Source: Pirellulales bacterium | Lineage (GTDB): Bacteria; Planctomycetota; Planctomycetia; Pirellulales; PALSA-1355 | Direction: 5' to 3' | DNA length: 64,000 nucleotides | NCBI GenBank assembly: GCA_963733035.1 | Contig: CAVTBU010000006.1 | Span: forward strand, 1 to 64,000 | In this document: in pieces, positions 8,636-18,280 of the stretch | Position numbering within the stretch: position 1 is the stretch's first letter | Layout of the letters: the number at the start of each line of letters is the position of its first letter | Translations under genes and position numbers: made by a program | Notes under the pieces: model-generated | What the model was told of the DNA's origin: nothing | The model's input: the letters and a program-made list of their open reading frames with translations, nothing else | Database searches by the model: none

Positions 8636-9271
8636 ATGAACCTTGTGTTTCGCGGAATAAGTATCGCAGCGGTTGCTTTGCCCCTCGTGCTCGTGGCTGG
8701 AGGCGCCAGAGCTCAGGAAAAGTGGGTGTCGCTGTTCGACGGCAAGAGCATGGAGGGTTGGGAAAAAGTCGGCAGCGAGCAAAGCATGTGGGCAGTTAAG
8801 GATGGGGCGATCTGCGGTTCGGGGCCCGCCTCGATGCTGGTCTGCACCAAAGGACCGTTCAAGAATTTCCGCTATCGGGCCGAGATCAAAATCAACGACA
8901 AGGGGAACTCCGGGCTGTACTTTCGCACGACTCGCAAGCCGGGCTTCGCCGACGGATACGAAGCACAGATTGACAGTACGCATCGAGATCCGATTCGCAC
9001 GGGATCGCTTTATGGAATGTGCCACGTTTACAAGCGGCTGGTCGAGCCAGACGACTGGTTCACCTACGAGATCGCCGTGCGCGATGACGTGTGGCGCGGC
9101 AGGCCGATGACTCGAATCAAGATTACCGTTAATGGCGACGAGCTGTACGAGTATCTAGATTTCGAGAAGACATTCAAGGAAGGCTACTTTGCGTTCCAGC
9201 AACACGACCCGGGCAGCAAAGTCTGCATTCGCAAAGTCGAAGTGATGGAACTGCCTGGCAAGGGTGGTTGA
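8636..9271 (+). CDS. DUF1080 (3-keto-disaccharide hydrolase-like) secreted protein
   Basis: Signal peptide, WVSLFDGKSMEGW, GNSGLYFR, YEAQI, TGSLY, FQQHD. Confidence 0.9.
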   Translation: MNLVFRGISIAAVALPLVLVAGGARAQEKWVSLFDGKSMEGWEKVGSEQSMWAVKDGAICGSGPASMLVCTKGPFKNFRYRAEIKINDKGNSGLYFRTTRKPGFADGYEAQIDSTHRDPIRTGSLYGMCHVYKRLVEPDDWFTYEIAVRDDVWRGRPMTRIKITVNGDELYEYLDFEKTFKEGYFAFQQHDPGSKVCIRKVEVMELPGKGG

Positions 9272-9300
9272 TCGCCGGGCAGTCCTGCATGGAAGTCGCG

Positions 9301-10155
9301 TCATTCCCACCAGGGAAAGTGCGGCGGCATGTCCCGACTGGGTCGCATCGTGAAGCGAGCCGGACGTTTCTCCAAGAACGACTGCACGCCTTCGCGCGCG
9401 TCTGCCGAGGCCCCCATGTGGTGCATGCCCAGCGATTCGATTCGGTGGGCCTCTTGCGGATGCGATGCGCCCAGCATCTTCCAGAGCATCTGTCGGGCGA
9501 GGGCAACGGACACCGCGGAAGTTTCTTGCACGATCTCTCTGGCGAGCAATTGGGCTGCTGGCAGGAGCTTGTCAGCCGGCAGTACGCGACGGACAAGGCG
9601 GCCTTGCAGTGCCTCGTCGGCGTCGAACATTCGTCCACTCAATACCCATTCGGCCGCTTGGCTGATCCCGACGACGCGCGGCAGAAACCAACTACTGCAC
9701 GCCTCGGGCACAATGCCGCGGCGAGTAAACACGAAACCGAATTTCGCCTTGTCGCTGGCCAGGCGGATGTCCATCGGCAGGGTCATCGTCACGCCTACTC
9801 CCACTGCGGGGCCGTTGATGACCGCGATCGTTGGCTTCTTGCAATCGTAGAGTGCGAGGCTGATTTTGCCGCCGGCGTCGGCACGGTCGGGAGCGTCGGT
9901 GTTTTCGACCTCGCGTTCAAGCTTGGCAAATGAGTCGGAACCGCTCGACAGGTCGGCGCCCGCACAGAAGGCTCTACCGGCGCCGGTGAACAGGATCACG
10001 CGCACCTCGTCGTCTCCATCTGCCCGACTGATTGCATCGAGGAGTTCCCGCTGCATTACGGTGTTGAATGCGTTCAGCCGGTCGGGCCGGTTGAGGGTGA
10101 TCGTCAACACGGAGTTCGCGACCTGGTAGCGTATGGTTTCGTACGAGTTGGTCAT
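9301..10155 (-). CDS. Enoyl-CoA hydratase/crotonase family protein
   Basis: ITLNRPDRLNA, GRAFCAGADL, INGPAVGVG, EGVQSFLEKR. Confidence 0.95.
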   Translation of the reverse strand: MTNSYETIRYQVANSVLTITLNRPDRLNAFNTVMQRELLDAISRADGDDEVRVILFTGAGRAFCAGADLSSGSDSFAKLEREVENTDAPDRADAGGKISLALYDCKKPTIAVINGPAVGVGVTMTLPMDIRLASDKAKFGFVFTRRGIVPEACSSWFLPRVVGISQAAEWVLSGRMFDADEALQGRLVRRVLPADKLLPAAQLLAREIVQETSAVSVALARQMLWKMLGASHPQEAHRIESLGMHHMGASADAREGVQSFLEKRPARFTMRPSRDMPPHFPWWE

Positions 10156-10735
10156 GGTTCGGGCATGCGGAGTTGCGCGACGAGGACATGGGCGGGATGG
10201 CCTTGCCGAGTATGGTACTCTAAAGTTGCTGCGCGTAACCGGACAGAGCGATCGTGCAGGTTTAAGCGGTCGCTAATCGCCAGCACAACGGAGATTGGGG
10301 ATGCGTCGTCGAACGGCTTGTTGTGGTGGGCGTGGCGGCCCCTTTTGACATGCCCCCTGGCGTCTTGCCTTGGACTGACAGTTCCGACGAGTCCGCCACA
10401 ACGGGCTATCCGGCGCCCGGAGACGTCCCGGTTCGACTGGCTGGATCGGGCCACTGAAACCCCTGGCGGGAATTCGCCACGTTTATCCTGGATTCTGGGG
10501 CTGCCGCGGTGGGTGTTCGAGACGCAGATTCTCGTCGCCGCGTCCCACTGAATTGCGGCTAGCCGGTCTCGCGACAGATCGCCGCGTCGTCTAGAATCGG
10601 CATAATAGACGGGAAAACCGTTGCCAAGCGGGCCGTCTGTGGTTCAAATACCTTAATTAGGGAATGGACTTCTTACCGTTCGCCCGCCGACCGCGCTGTC
10701 GGGTCGTGCATGCGTGCCTTCTGGGGAACTAAACA

Positions 10736-12532
10736 ATGATCAAGCGGTCACTTTTCATCATCGCTGTTGCACTGCCATGTCTAGCGGGGCTCGAGGCCGA
10801 GGGAGCCAAAATTGGCGATCAAGCTGCGAATCTTACGTTCAAGGACATTCGTTGTCTCAGTCGCAGCCTGAGTGACCTTGGTGAGTCGAAAGCCTATGCG
10901 CTGGTGTTCCTCAACACAACGTGCCCCATTGCCCAACGCTATATGCCGCGTCTGGAAGAACTACATAAAAAGTATGCGGCGCAAGGTGTTCAGTTTGTCG
11001 CCGTGTACAACTCTCAGGATGAGACGCCCCGGGATATCGCCGCGCACGGGTTGGAAGCTGGCGTGACGTTTCCGTTGGTATGGGACGAAGCGCAAAAGTG
11101 CACCAAGGCCTTGGGTGTCGAACGCGTGCCCCAGGTCGTGTTGCTCGACGGCGAGAAGAACATCGTCTATTCGGGCCGCGTCGACGACCAATATCGCACC
11201 GGTGGAGTGCAGCCACGGGTCGGCCGGCACGATCTCGTCGAGGCAATCGACGAGTTGTTGGCCGGCAAACCCGTCTCGGTAGCAGAGACGACCGTTGACG
11301 GGTGTCGGGTGACTGGCTGGGTGGAGCCCAGCTTTGACTACCAGGTCACGTTCCACGAGCACATCGAGGCGATTCTGCAGAACCGTTGCCAGAGCTGCCA
11401 CCACGAGGGGACCGCGGCTCCATTTGAGTTGATTACCTACGACGACGCCAAGGCTCAGGGTGAAATGTTGGCCGAAGTCGTCCGCGACGGAAGGATGCCT
11501 CCCTGGTATGCGAATTCGGACTTTGGCCATTTTGCGAATGATCCCAGCTTGACGCGCGAAGAGAGCGACCTGGTGGAAGCCTGGGTCAAGGAAGGCATGC
11601 CGGCCGGTGATGCTTCCAAGGCACCGAAGCCGCTGGAGTTTGCCAAAACCGAGTGGCGAATCGGCGAGCCAGATTTGGTGCTGACCATGAAACGGCCGCA
11701 AAAGATCCAGGCCCACGGCTACATTCCGTACAAGTATGTGTTCCTGCAACCGCCGTTCGAGGACGATACCTACGTCGAGTCGATCGAGATTCGACCGCAC
11801 AACCGCGCGGTCGTACACCATTGCAATGCGTTCTATGTCGATCCAGTGACGAGAAAGGCGGGAACCTCCAGCTTTATTACGGGCTATGTACCGGGAGGAG
11901 TTCCCTTCACGCTCGAGCCCGGCATGGCACAGCGAATTCCTAAGGGTGCCATCATCGGCCTGCAGATCCACTACGTCACGACAGGCAAGGAAGAGGAGAG
12001 CAAGATATCGATCGGATTCCGCTATGCGAAAGGAATCGTGCAAAAGACCACGCACTTTATCCTGCTCGATCCGCACGATATTGCGATTCCGCCGGGCGAT
12101 CCCTTCTATGAAATGAAAGCGAAGAAAAAGTTGGATAAGGATGTCACGCTCTTGGGACTTTTTACGCACATGCACTTGCGCGGCCGAGACATGACGTTTT
12201 TTGCGCACTACCCCGACGGCAAGGAGGAAACCTTGCTGCAGATTCCAAACTACAATTTCGAATGGCAGTTGGGTTACGTCTGTCCACAGGCGCCTCACGA
12301 AAAGAAGCTTCCGGCTGGGACGGAACTAGCGGCCATCGCGCACTTCGATAATTCGAAGTTCAATCCCTACAATCCGGATCCTGAATACACCGTGCCTTAT
12401 GGCGATCAGTCGTACGACGAGATGTTCAACGGCTTCATCTTCTACGTGCATGATGAAGACCATTTGAATCTCAAGATCGATCCCAAGACAGGGCATGTCT
12501 TAAAGGAAGACTTGCAGTCGGCGCAAAAATAG
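10736..12532 (+). CDS. Secreted redoxin + cytochrome c + copper monooxygenase (PHM-like) domain protein
   Basis: Signal peptide; TTCPIA redoxin; CQSCH heme site with MPPW; VVHH, HMHLRG and DEM copper motifs. Confidence 0.85.
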   Translation: MIKRSLFIIAVALPCLAGLEAEGAKIGDQAANLTFKDIRCLSRSLSDLGESKAYALVFLNTTCPIAQRYMPRLEELHKKYAAQGVQFVAVYNSQDETPRDIAAHGLEAGVTFPLVWDEAQKCTKALGVERVPQVVLLDGEKNIVYSGRVDDQYRTGGVQPRVGRHDLVEAIDELLAGKPVSVAETTVDGCRVTGWVEPSFDYQVTFHEHIEAILQNRCQSCHHEGTAAPFELITYDDAKAQGEMLAEVVRDGRMPPWYANSDFGHFANDPSLTREESDLVEAWVKEGMPAGDASKAPKPLEFAKTEWRIGEPDLVLTMKRPQKIQAHGYIPYKYVFLQPPFEDDTYVESIEIRPHNRAVVHHCNAFYVDPVTRKAGTSSFITGYVPGGVPFTLEPGMAQRIPKGAIIGLQIHYVTTGKEEESKISIGFRYAKGIVQKTTHFILLDPHDIAIPPGDPFYEMKAKKKLDKDVTLLGLFTHMHLRGRDMTFFAHYPDGKEETLLQIPNYNFEWQLGYVCPQAPHEKKLPAGTELAAIAHFDNSKFNPYNPDPEYTVPYGDQSYDEMFNGFIFYVHDEDHLNLKIDPKTGHVLKEDLQSAQK

Positions 12533-12616
12533 ACGCGACGAAAGTTTTGGTGCATTTGTGCGTTGCACAGAGCCATCGGCTGAGTGCGCGTCGAAGTTGT
12601 GATCGTGCGCGCTCCA

Positions 12617-13150
12617 CTACGGTCTTGATTGGGTAGTTGCGGTTGGTTGGTTGTCACGCGGGCCAGCCAATTGTTCGGCGATCAGCCTTTGCACGAGGGA
12701 TACCGCGGGTTCGATGGCGGCGGCAACGGCCGGGCTAAGGCCTTGCTCCATGTCGTAGGAATCGAGATCGGCGGGTTCACATCCGACGAGCGTCAAACCG
12801 CTCAGTCCTCCGCCGAGGTAGCGCACAAGACGCATCACGCGCAGCGGGTCCATGTTGTGCATGTCGAGCGAGGGGCCGACGGGTTTTTCCTGCTTGAGTT
12901 CCTCCAGACAGGGTTCAATGACGTACAACGTGCCGGCTGCGCCGCCCCGCGGTGCCGCATCAACCAGAATTGCGTGCTCGTAGTCCTCGAGCAGTGCATA
13001 GGTCAAATCGAATCCGCGGATCCCAAAGTCGCGCAGCACCACTTCGGGCGGGACGCGGCAGGTTGCAAGCTTTCGAACTACCTCCACGCCGAACGCATCG
13101 TCGCCAAGAAATATGTTTCCGATACCAGCCACCAAGATGCGTCGATCCAT
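12617..13150 (-). CDS. Hydrogenase maturation protease
   Basis: LVAGIGNIFLGDDAFGV, LVDA, DMH, VGCEP. Confidence 0.92.
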   Translation of the reverse strand: MDRRILVAGIGNIFLGDDAFGVEVVRKLATCRVPPEVVLRDFGIRGFDLTYALLEDYEHAILVDAAPRGGAAGTLYVIEPCLEELKQEKPVGPSLDMHNMDPLRVMRLVRYLGGGLSGLTLVGCEPADLDSYDMEQGLSPAVAAAIEPAVSLVQRLIAEQLAGPRDNQPTATTQSRP

Positions 13151-13174
13151 GGGAAGCCTCGCCGCGACTTGTCA

Positions 13175-13489
13175 CTACGGAGTGTCGTCGGAGACGATTT
13201 CCACTTCCTCGGGGGCAAAGAAGAACCGGTGTCCAATTTGCCGCAGCACGCCTAAATCGCGTCCCGGGTCGTCATCGACCACGACGGCCAAATGGGCACG
13301 GTGTTCGTAGTCCTGCTCGATTGCCTCGACTGTGGCCGTGCGACCTTCCAGGGCAACGTCCATGATGTCGGCCCGATTGCGCGGCCACAGTCTCACACGG
13401 TCTCCGGCCTTTAGCTCGCGCCCATCGATACGAACACTCTTCAATCGCGGACGCTGTTCCAACGCATTCCACTCGGATAATTCCATCAC
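13175..13489 (-). CDS. Small conserved hydrogenase-cluster protein (SH3-like)
   Basis: GDRVRLWPR..ADIMD..L.GR.ATVEAIEQD..VVDDDPGRDL..FFFAPEEVE. Overlaps the upstream stop codon. Confidence 0.75.
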   Translation of the reverse strand: MMELSEWNALEQRPRLKSVRIDGRELKAGDRVRLWPRNRADIMDVALEGRTATVEAIEQDYEHRAHLAVVVDDDPGRDLGVLRQIGHRFFFAPEEVEIVSDDTP

Positions 13490-14538
13490 TTGGTCTCCCG
13501 TACCGGACGCAGGCCTCGTATTGCGCCATGCATTTTCATGAACTGTTCTTGCGGTAATAGCTCCGTGCGGTCGAGCATCTCTCGCGAGCGTGGATCCAGA
13601 GATCGCATGGCATTCTTCTCCTCGTCGGTGAGTGTCATGATCCGCAGCATCAAAATCTCATCGATCTCGGTGCCGTCGCAGAGGTCGCCAGGGCTTTCTG
13701 GCGCGACTTGTGGATAGTCGTAGAGAATGATCGGTGACGAAAGGATGGTGCCGCGATCGGGCGGCTCGCCGACCAGCACGGGCCACGCACCAATGTTTTG
13801 GCACGCTTCGGCGGCAACTTCGTGCGCTTCGTTGGGTTCAAGTAATGAAACGAACCCGCCTTGTTCGACATCGAGGATTGTGTGCGCCGAGGCGAGCGAA
13901 CCGAGGAGTGCTTGTTCTCGGCTCGCACAGTCGGGGCCGACGATGAGCGTTTCGTTGCCAACCGTAACGCGGACGCGACACAGTCCACGGGGTAAAGCTT
14001 CGGCCGAAACGACGATTGTGCCATTTACGTCCTGGTGCCTACGTGTAATTTGACCAACCCTCCGGCCATCGGCGGCTTGAAGCGATTCAGTCTGGTTGCT
14101 CGCGGCAAAATAAAATTGCTCCGTGTAAGGTTGGTCGACAAGTTTCGCAAGCGGCAATTCCGGCAGCTTCACTTCGCGCTCTGTCGCTTCCTGCCACGTG
14201 TGATAAGTCCGGCCGTCGACGAGGAGCGCATCGACGGGCTCATAGGTTTCCGCGACGCCTGATCCCGCGGATTCCTCGTGGCGCAAACTCTCGACTTCAC
14301 GGGACAAGAGATGAAGGAATCGAACCCGAACGCGGAGCGTGGCATGCCTCGTGGTTTCGACGAGGCATTCAGTTTGCAGAGAACTAGCGTCCGCTTCCTG
14401 AGAACGGTGGCAGTAGTCGGGTGGAAACAGAACGCCAAAGGTAAACCGCTGTCGGTTCTTGATGGCATCGGCTCGATAGGGGTAGAGCAGATAGCCTTCG
14501 TAGAGCAACGTCCGGGCGAGTTTGTCAACGAGCCTCAT
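13486..14538 (-). CDS. Conserved group 1h hydrogenase accessory protein
   Basis: LYEGYLLYPYR, WQEATERE, LSSPIILYDYPQVAPESPGDL, EIDEIL, TLTDEEK. Translationally coupled to neighbours. Confidence 0.8.
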   Translation of the reverse strand: MRLVDKLARTLLYEGYLLYPYRADAIKNRQRFTFGVLFPPDYCHRSQEADASSLQTECLVETTRHATLRVRVRFLHLLSREVESLRHEESAGSGVAETYEPVDALLVDGRTYHTWQEATEREVKLPELPLAKLVDQPYTEQFYFAASNQTESLQAADGRRVGQITRRHQDVNGTIVVSAEALPRGLCRVRVTVGNETLIVGPDCASREQALLGSLASAHTILDVEQGGFVSLLEPNEAHEVAAEACQNIGAWPVLVGEPPDRGTILSSPIILYDYPQVAPESPGDLCDGTEIDEILMLRIMTLTDEEKNAMRSLDPRSREMLDRTELLPQEQFMKMHGAIRGLRPVRETK

Positions 14539-15185
14539 AAGCGGATTCCCTCCTTGCTACCGGATAGCAAACGGTCGATGGCAGCTTCCCAATGGGTAAG
14601 GCCTTGCTGCTCCTTGTACTGCCGGAGTCGGTCGAACGCGTCGCGCCGCAGTCGCAACCAAGCGCAGTTTGGGTAGTATTGTTCCATCATTTCGCGCCAG
14701 CGGTCGACGGGGAGTCGAAAAGATGCCTCCCGATCCCAGGGGATCTGTGCCACTTGGAGGAGTTCATCCGCGTCGCGGTAGAAGATCGTGCCGCTGAATT
14801 GCAGATCGAGAGGTATTTCTCCCTCGTCCAGTCCCTCAAAGTACTTTGTCGCTGCGACGTTGAAATCGAACGTGCAGGGAACCGGCAGATCCGCAATCAC
14901 CTCGTCCTCGAAGGCTGGTACAACCGTATTGGCGTGCGTCCAGAGCAGACTGCCGAGCGTCGTGCTCCAACGATCGGGCTCGCCAAACAAGTCCACCAGT
15001 CGCTGTTGTTCAGCCGCCGAATAGCGTCGGCGGGCAGCTTCGATGCGTACCTGGCTGCGCAACGCGATACTTTGAATCGTTTCTCCAGCATTGGCATTGC
15101 ATATCCGTACCTTGAATATCAAGAGCGGCGCCGCGGCACTCGGGTCGGCCAATGCCTTGTCGATCTGAAAATTAACGTTGGGCAT
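14535..15185 (-). CDS. Conserved group 1h hydrogenase accessory protein (DUF6084-like)
   Basis: LFGEPDRW, LPVPCTFDF, FSGTIFY, PWDRE, WREMM..YYPN. Confidence 0.75.
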   Translation of the reverse strand: MPNVNFQIDKALADPSAAAPLLIFKVRICNANAGETIQSIALRSQVRIEAARRRYSAAEQQRLVDLFGEPDRWSTTLGSLLWTHANTVVPAFEDEVIADLPVPCTFDFNVAATKYFEGLDEGEIPLDLQFSGTIFYRDADELLQVAQIPWDREASFRLPVDRWREMMEQYYPNCAWLRLRRDAFDRLRQYKEQQGLTHWEAAIDRLLSGSKEGIRL

Positions 15186-15870
15186 CAGAGTGCTCGCCAG
15201 CAGAGGTTGCGATGGAGCGATCCGCTAAACCGGAAAAGAATTGCGAAATTCGTTGCCATACGTCTTCACCGCCAGACAGCCCGCGCCATTTACTGCGCAT
15301 CACACCTACCAGTGTGTAACATTGATCAATCGGCGCCAGATAGTATTGATGCGTGGAGAAGCCGTACCGATCGCCGAGGCGATTGATCAGCAGTGCTTCC
15401 GTATCCGCGGTCATGGACCTCAATACCGGGTTGTTTTCGACGATCTCTTCCCAGGCTTCGAGCGTCAGCAAGGACTCGATGGGTCCCGCCGGGCTCGGAT
15501 AGATGGCGACGACTTTGCCAAGCGACGAACTGGCAAAAAGAAATGCGACGTTAATGGGGATCAACAGGGCGTCCCATTCGGCGTCGGTGAGTCGAAAACC
15601 ATCCAGGCAACGAACGGTTGTCGGAATACGTCGAAAGCGACCCTCGGCTGGCGCATCGAAGAGTAGCGCACAGGCACCGCACACGCAGAGAATCTTACGG
15701 CTGGACGGCTGGATCAGGTGTGGGTGCGTCGGTATTAATGCCTGATCGCAGAGTTCGCAGTGCTCGCGCGGCACCGAAGGGTTGGCACGGAATGCGAACT
15801 GCTGCAACCTTGCCAACGCGCGTAGGGAAACTCGGGATTGATCGGTGCTGTGCGTCATCGCGTTGATCAT
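15172..15870 (-). CDS. Conserved group 1h hydrogenase accessory protein (DUF5947-like, CxxC zinc-finger type)
   Basis: EHCELC, CVCGACALLF, YPSPAG, PIDQCY, WRGLSGG. Confidence 0.75.
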   Translation of the reverse strand: MINAMTHSTDQSRVSLRALARLQQFAFRANPSVPREHCELCDQALIPTHPHLIQPSSRKILCVCGACALLFDAPAEGRFRRIPTTVRCLDGFRLTDAEWDALLIPINVAFLFASSSLGKVVAIYPSPAGPIESLLTLEAWEEIVENNPVLRSMTADTEALLINRLGDRYGFSTHQYYLAPIDQCYTLVGVMRSKWRGLSGGEDVWQRISQFFSGLADRSIATSAGEHSDAQR

Positions 15871-16410
15871 CTATGCCAGCTTGTGCAAGGATACGAAACC
15901 AGCCGGCTCGGCAAGATCACTTGCAGTTTCCAGCTCAATCGAGACAACGTCAGGGGCGAATTCATAGATCGCATCTTCGATTGCCGTTCGCATCGTTTGT
16001 GCCGATGACGGGCAACCGTGGCAATTTCCCGCCAATCGCAACACGACCCGGCCAGCGTCGACCGTAACCAATTCAACGTTACCTCCGTGTGATTCCAGGT
16101 AAGGCCGGGCCGCCGCCAGCCCCCGATCGATCCGCTCTTCAAGCGTCTGCGGATGAAGCCCATAGAGTACCAGTAGGCTTCCAATCAAAGGGTCTTCGGC
16201 GAACTGCTCGATTGCTGCTATCCCGCCCAAGCCGGACTGCTTAAGCAATTCCACCATTCGACTAATGCCGTTGCCGTGTAACTCCATGACTAGCGATACG
16301 AGTTCGGTCGCCATGGCCTGGATGGAGCCCTGACCTGACGATTCGATTTGGCCGATCAGCCCCTCGATTCTCTGCATGCGCTGTTGGAATGCCGACTCTT
16401 CGTTCACCAT
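15871..16410 (-). CDS. NifU/NfuA-like Fe-S scaffold protein
   Basis: RPYLESHGGNVELV...GNCHGCPSS NifU C-terminal domain. Confidence 0.9.
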   Translation of the reverse strand: MVNEESAFQQRMQRIEGLIGQIESSGQGSIQAMATELVSLVMELHGNGISRMVELLKQSGLGGIAAIEQFAEDPLIGSLLVLYGLHPQTLEERIDRGLAAARPYLESHGGNVELVTVDAGRVVLRLAGNCHGCPSSAQTMRTAIEDAIYEFAPDVVSIELETASDLAEPAGFVSLHKLA

Positions 16411-16453
16411 GCAAGCTCTCCGTAACCAGCAAATGCAAAACGCATTTTCGTCA

Positions 16454-18250
16454 CTAGCCATGTGCCCCAAACATGGGCGAATGGTGCGTCTCCAGGGTCT
16501 TGCCGCCCCCTAAGTACATGTGCACACCGCAGGGTAAACACGGATCGAAGCTCCGCACGGCCCGCATGATGTCGATCCCCTTGAAGTGGTCCGGATCGTT
16601 CTCCTCAAAGATCGGTGTGTTCTGTACGGCGTCTTCGTATGGACCAGGCGTGCCGTAGACGTCACGAGGGTTCGCGTTCCAGGGAGTTGGCGGATAGGGA
16701 TGATAGTTGGCGATCTTGCCATTGCGGATCACGACGTGATGCGAGAGGACGCCGCGCACTGCTTCGTGGAATCCGCAGCCAATGGCCTCGTCGGGCACTT
16801 TGAAATCCGTCCAGGTCTTCGTGTTGCCCGCGTGCAGCTCCTTAAGGGCCTGCTCGACGAAATAGAGCGCCGAGGCGGCCGAGAAAGCCTGGAAATAAGT
16901 TCGAGCCCGATCCCGTTCGATGGCATTGCTCCACTGAGGAATCTTCCATTCGAATTCCACTTCGGGAAGTGTTGCCGATTTAGGCAGGTAGATCTTGACG
17001 CTGTGTCCCGTGGCCTTCGTATAGCCCGTATCGACTTTACCGGCCAAGGCCGTGGCCCAGAATCTTGCGATGGGGCCGCCGCCGGTATCGAGTGCCAGGT
17101 AGTCACCGGTGCGTTTGTCGTACCACCGAGGCGACATCACCCAGGTGTATTTGTCCTTGAAGTCTCGCTTTTGCGGTCGCGGGATCGTGGTTTGATTCCA
17201 GGGATGCAACTGGTCGACGGGATTTCCGAGGGGGTCGTTCTTGACGAACGTTTCCTGGTTCTGCCAATCGTCGTAGTACGAGCTTCCCAGCAGGATGCGG
17301 ATGCCCAGATTGATATCCACAAGGTTCGTGGTGACCAGTTCGCCGTCGACGACGACGCCTGGTGTTACGTACATCGCGTTCCCCCAGGCTTCCATGTTCT
17401 TGTACGTGTAGTCACACACCTCGGGGTCCTGGAATGAGCCCCAGCAACCGAGCAGGATTCGCCGACGTCCAACTTCTTCGTAGCCCGGCAGAGCCTGGTA
17501 CCAGAAGTTGAAGAGGTCGTCGTGCAGCGGGACGCACTTCTTCATGAACTCGACGTAGCGCATGAGCCTGGTGAGATAGTCGGTAAACAGCTGAACCGTG
17601 GGTACAGTACCGACGCCGCCAGGGTAGAGTGTGGAAGGGTGCACGTGCCGGCCTTCCATCAGGCAGAACATTTCGCGCGTGTATCGGCTGACGTGCAGTG
17701 TTTCGCGGTAGAACTCGCCGGTGAAGGGGTTTAGTGCACGCATGATGTCGGCAATCGTACGATAGCCGTGCAGGTCAGCGTTCGGGGCAGGGGTGTTTTC
17801 CGCTTTGGCCAGGACGCTGGGATTCGTCTCGGCCACCATTTGCTCGCAAAAGTCCACGCCGACCAGGTTGTCTTGGAAGATGTTGTGATCGAACATGTAC
17901 TCGGCGGCCTCGCCCAGATTGATAATCCATTCAGCGATATTGGGCGGCCTGATGCCGAAGGCCATATTCTGCGCGTAAACGGCACACGTTGCGTGATTAT
18001 CGCCACAAATACCGCAGATGCGGCTGGTGATGAAATGTGCGTCGCGCGGATCCTTCCCCTTCATGAAGATGCTGTACCCGCGAAAGATGGACGATGTGCT
18101 GTGGCACTCCGCGACGACCCGATTGGCGAAGTCGATTTTCGTATAAATTCCCAGGCTTCCGACGATCCGAGTGATCGGGTCCCAGTGCATTTCCACCAGA
18201 TTCGATGAATCGGGGGCGGCGCCGCGATCGGACGATGTCTTGGTAGCCAC
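16454..18250 (-). CDS. hhyL: Group 1h [NiFe]-hydrogenase large subunit
   Basis: WDPITRIVGSLG; L1 motif TSRICGICGDNH; L2 motif SFDPCLPCGVH. Confidence 0.95.
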   Translation of the reverse strand: MATKTSSDRGAAPDSSNLVEMHWDPITRIVGSLGIYTKIDFANRVVAECHSTSSIFRGYSIFMKGKDPRDAHFITSRICGICGDNHATCAVYAQNMAFGIRPPNIAEWIINLGEAAEYMFDHNIFQDNLVGVDFCEQMVAETNPSVLAKAENTPAPNADLHGYRTIADIMRALNPFTGEFYRETLHVSRYTREMFCLMEGRHVHPSTLYPGGVGTVPTVQLFTDYLTRLMRYVEFMKKCVPLHDDLFNFWYQALPGYEEVGRRRILLGCWGSFQDPEVCDYTYKNMEAWGNAMYVTPGVVVDGELVTTNLVDINLGIRILLGSSYYDDWQNQETFVKNDPLGNPVDQLHPWNQTTIPRPQKRDFKDKYTWVMSPRWYDKRTGDYLALDTGGGPIARFWATALAGKVDTGYTKATGHSVKIYLPKSATLPEVEFEWKIPQWSNAIERDRARTYFQAFSAASALYFVEQALKELHAGNTKTWTDFKVPDEAIGCGFHEAVRGVLSHHVVIRNGKIANYHPYPPTPWNANPRDVYGTPGPYEDAVQNTPIFEENDPDHFKGIDIMRAVRSFDPCLPCGVHMYLGGGKTLETHHSPMFGAHG

Positions 18251-18280
18251 GATGAATCCTCCTCGGACGGTTAGCCGTGG

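Noticed and set aside
10190..10735. ncRNA in the long intergenic region
   Set aside because: A GTTCGA occurs near 10431 but has no T-stem or cloverleaf; no family recognised.
10961..12298. 445-aa antisense ORF (also 45837..46997, 16586..17437, 18890..19783, 58169..59020, 1716..2393)
   Set aside because: These lie opposite well-supported genes, have no motifs, and are typical high-GC shadow frames.
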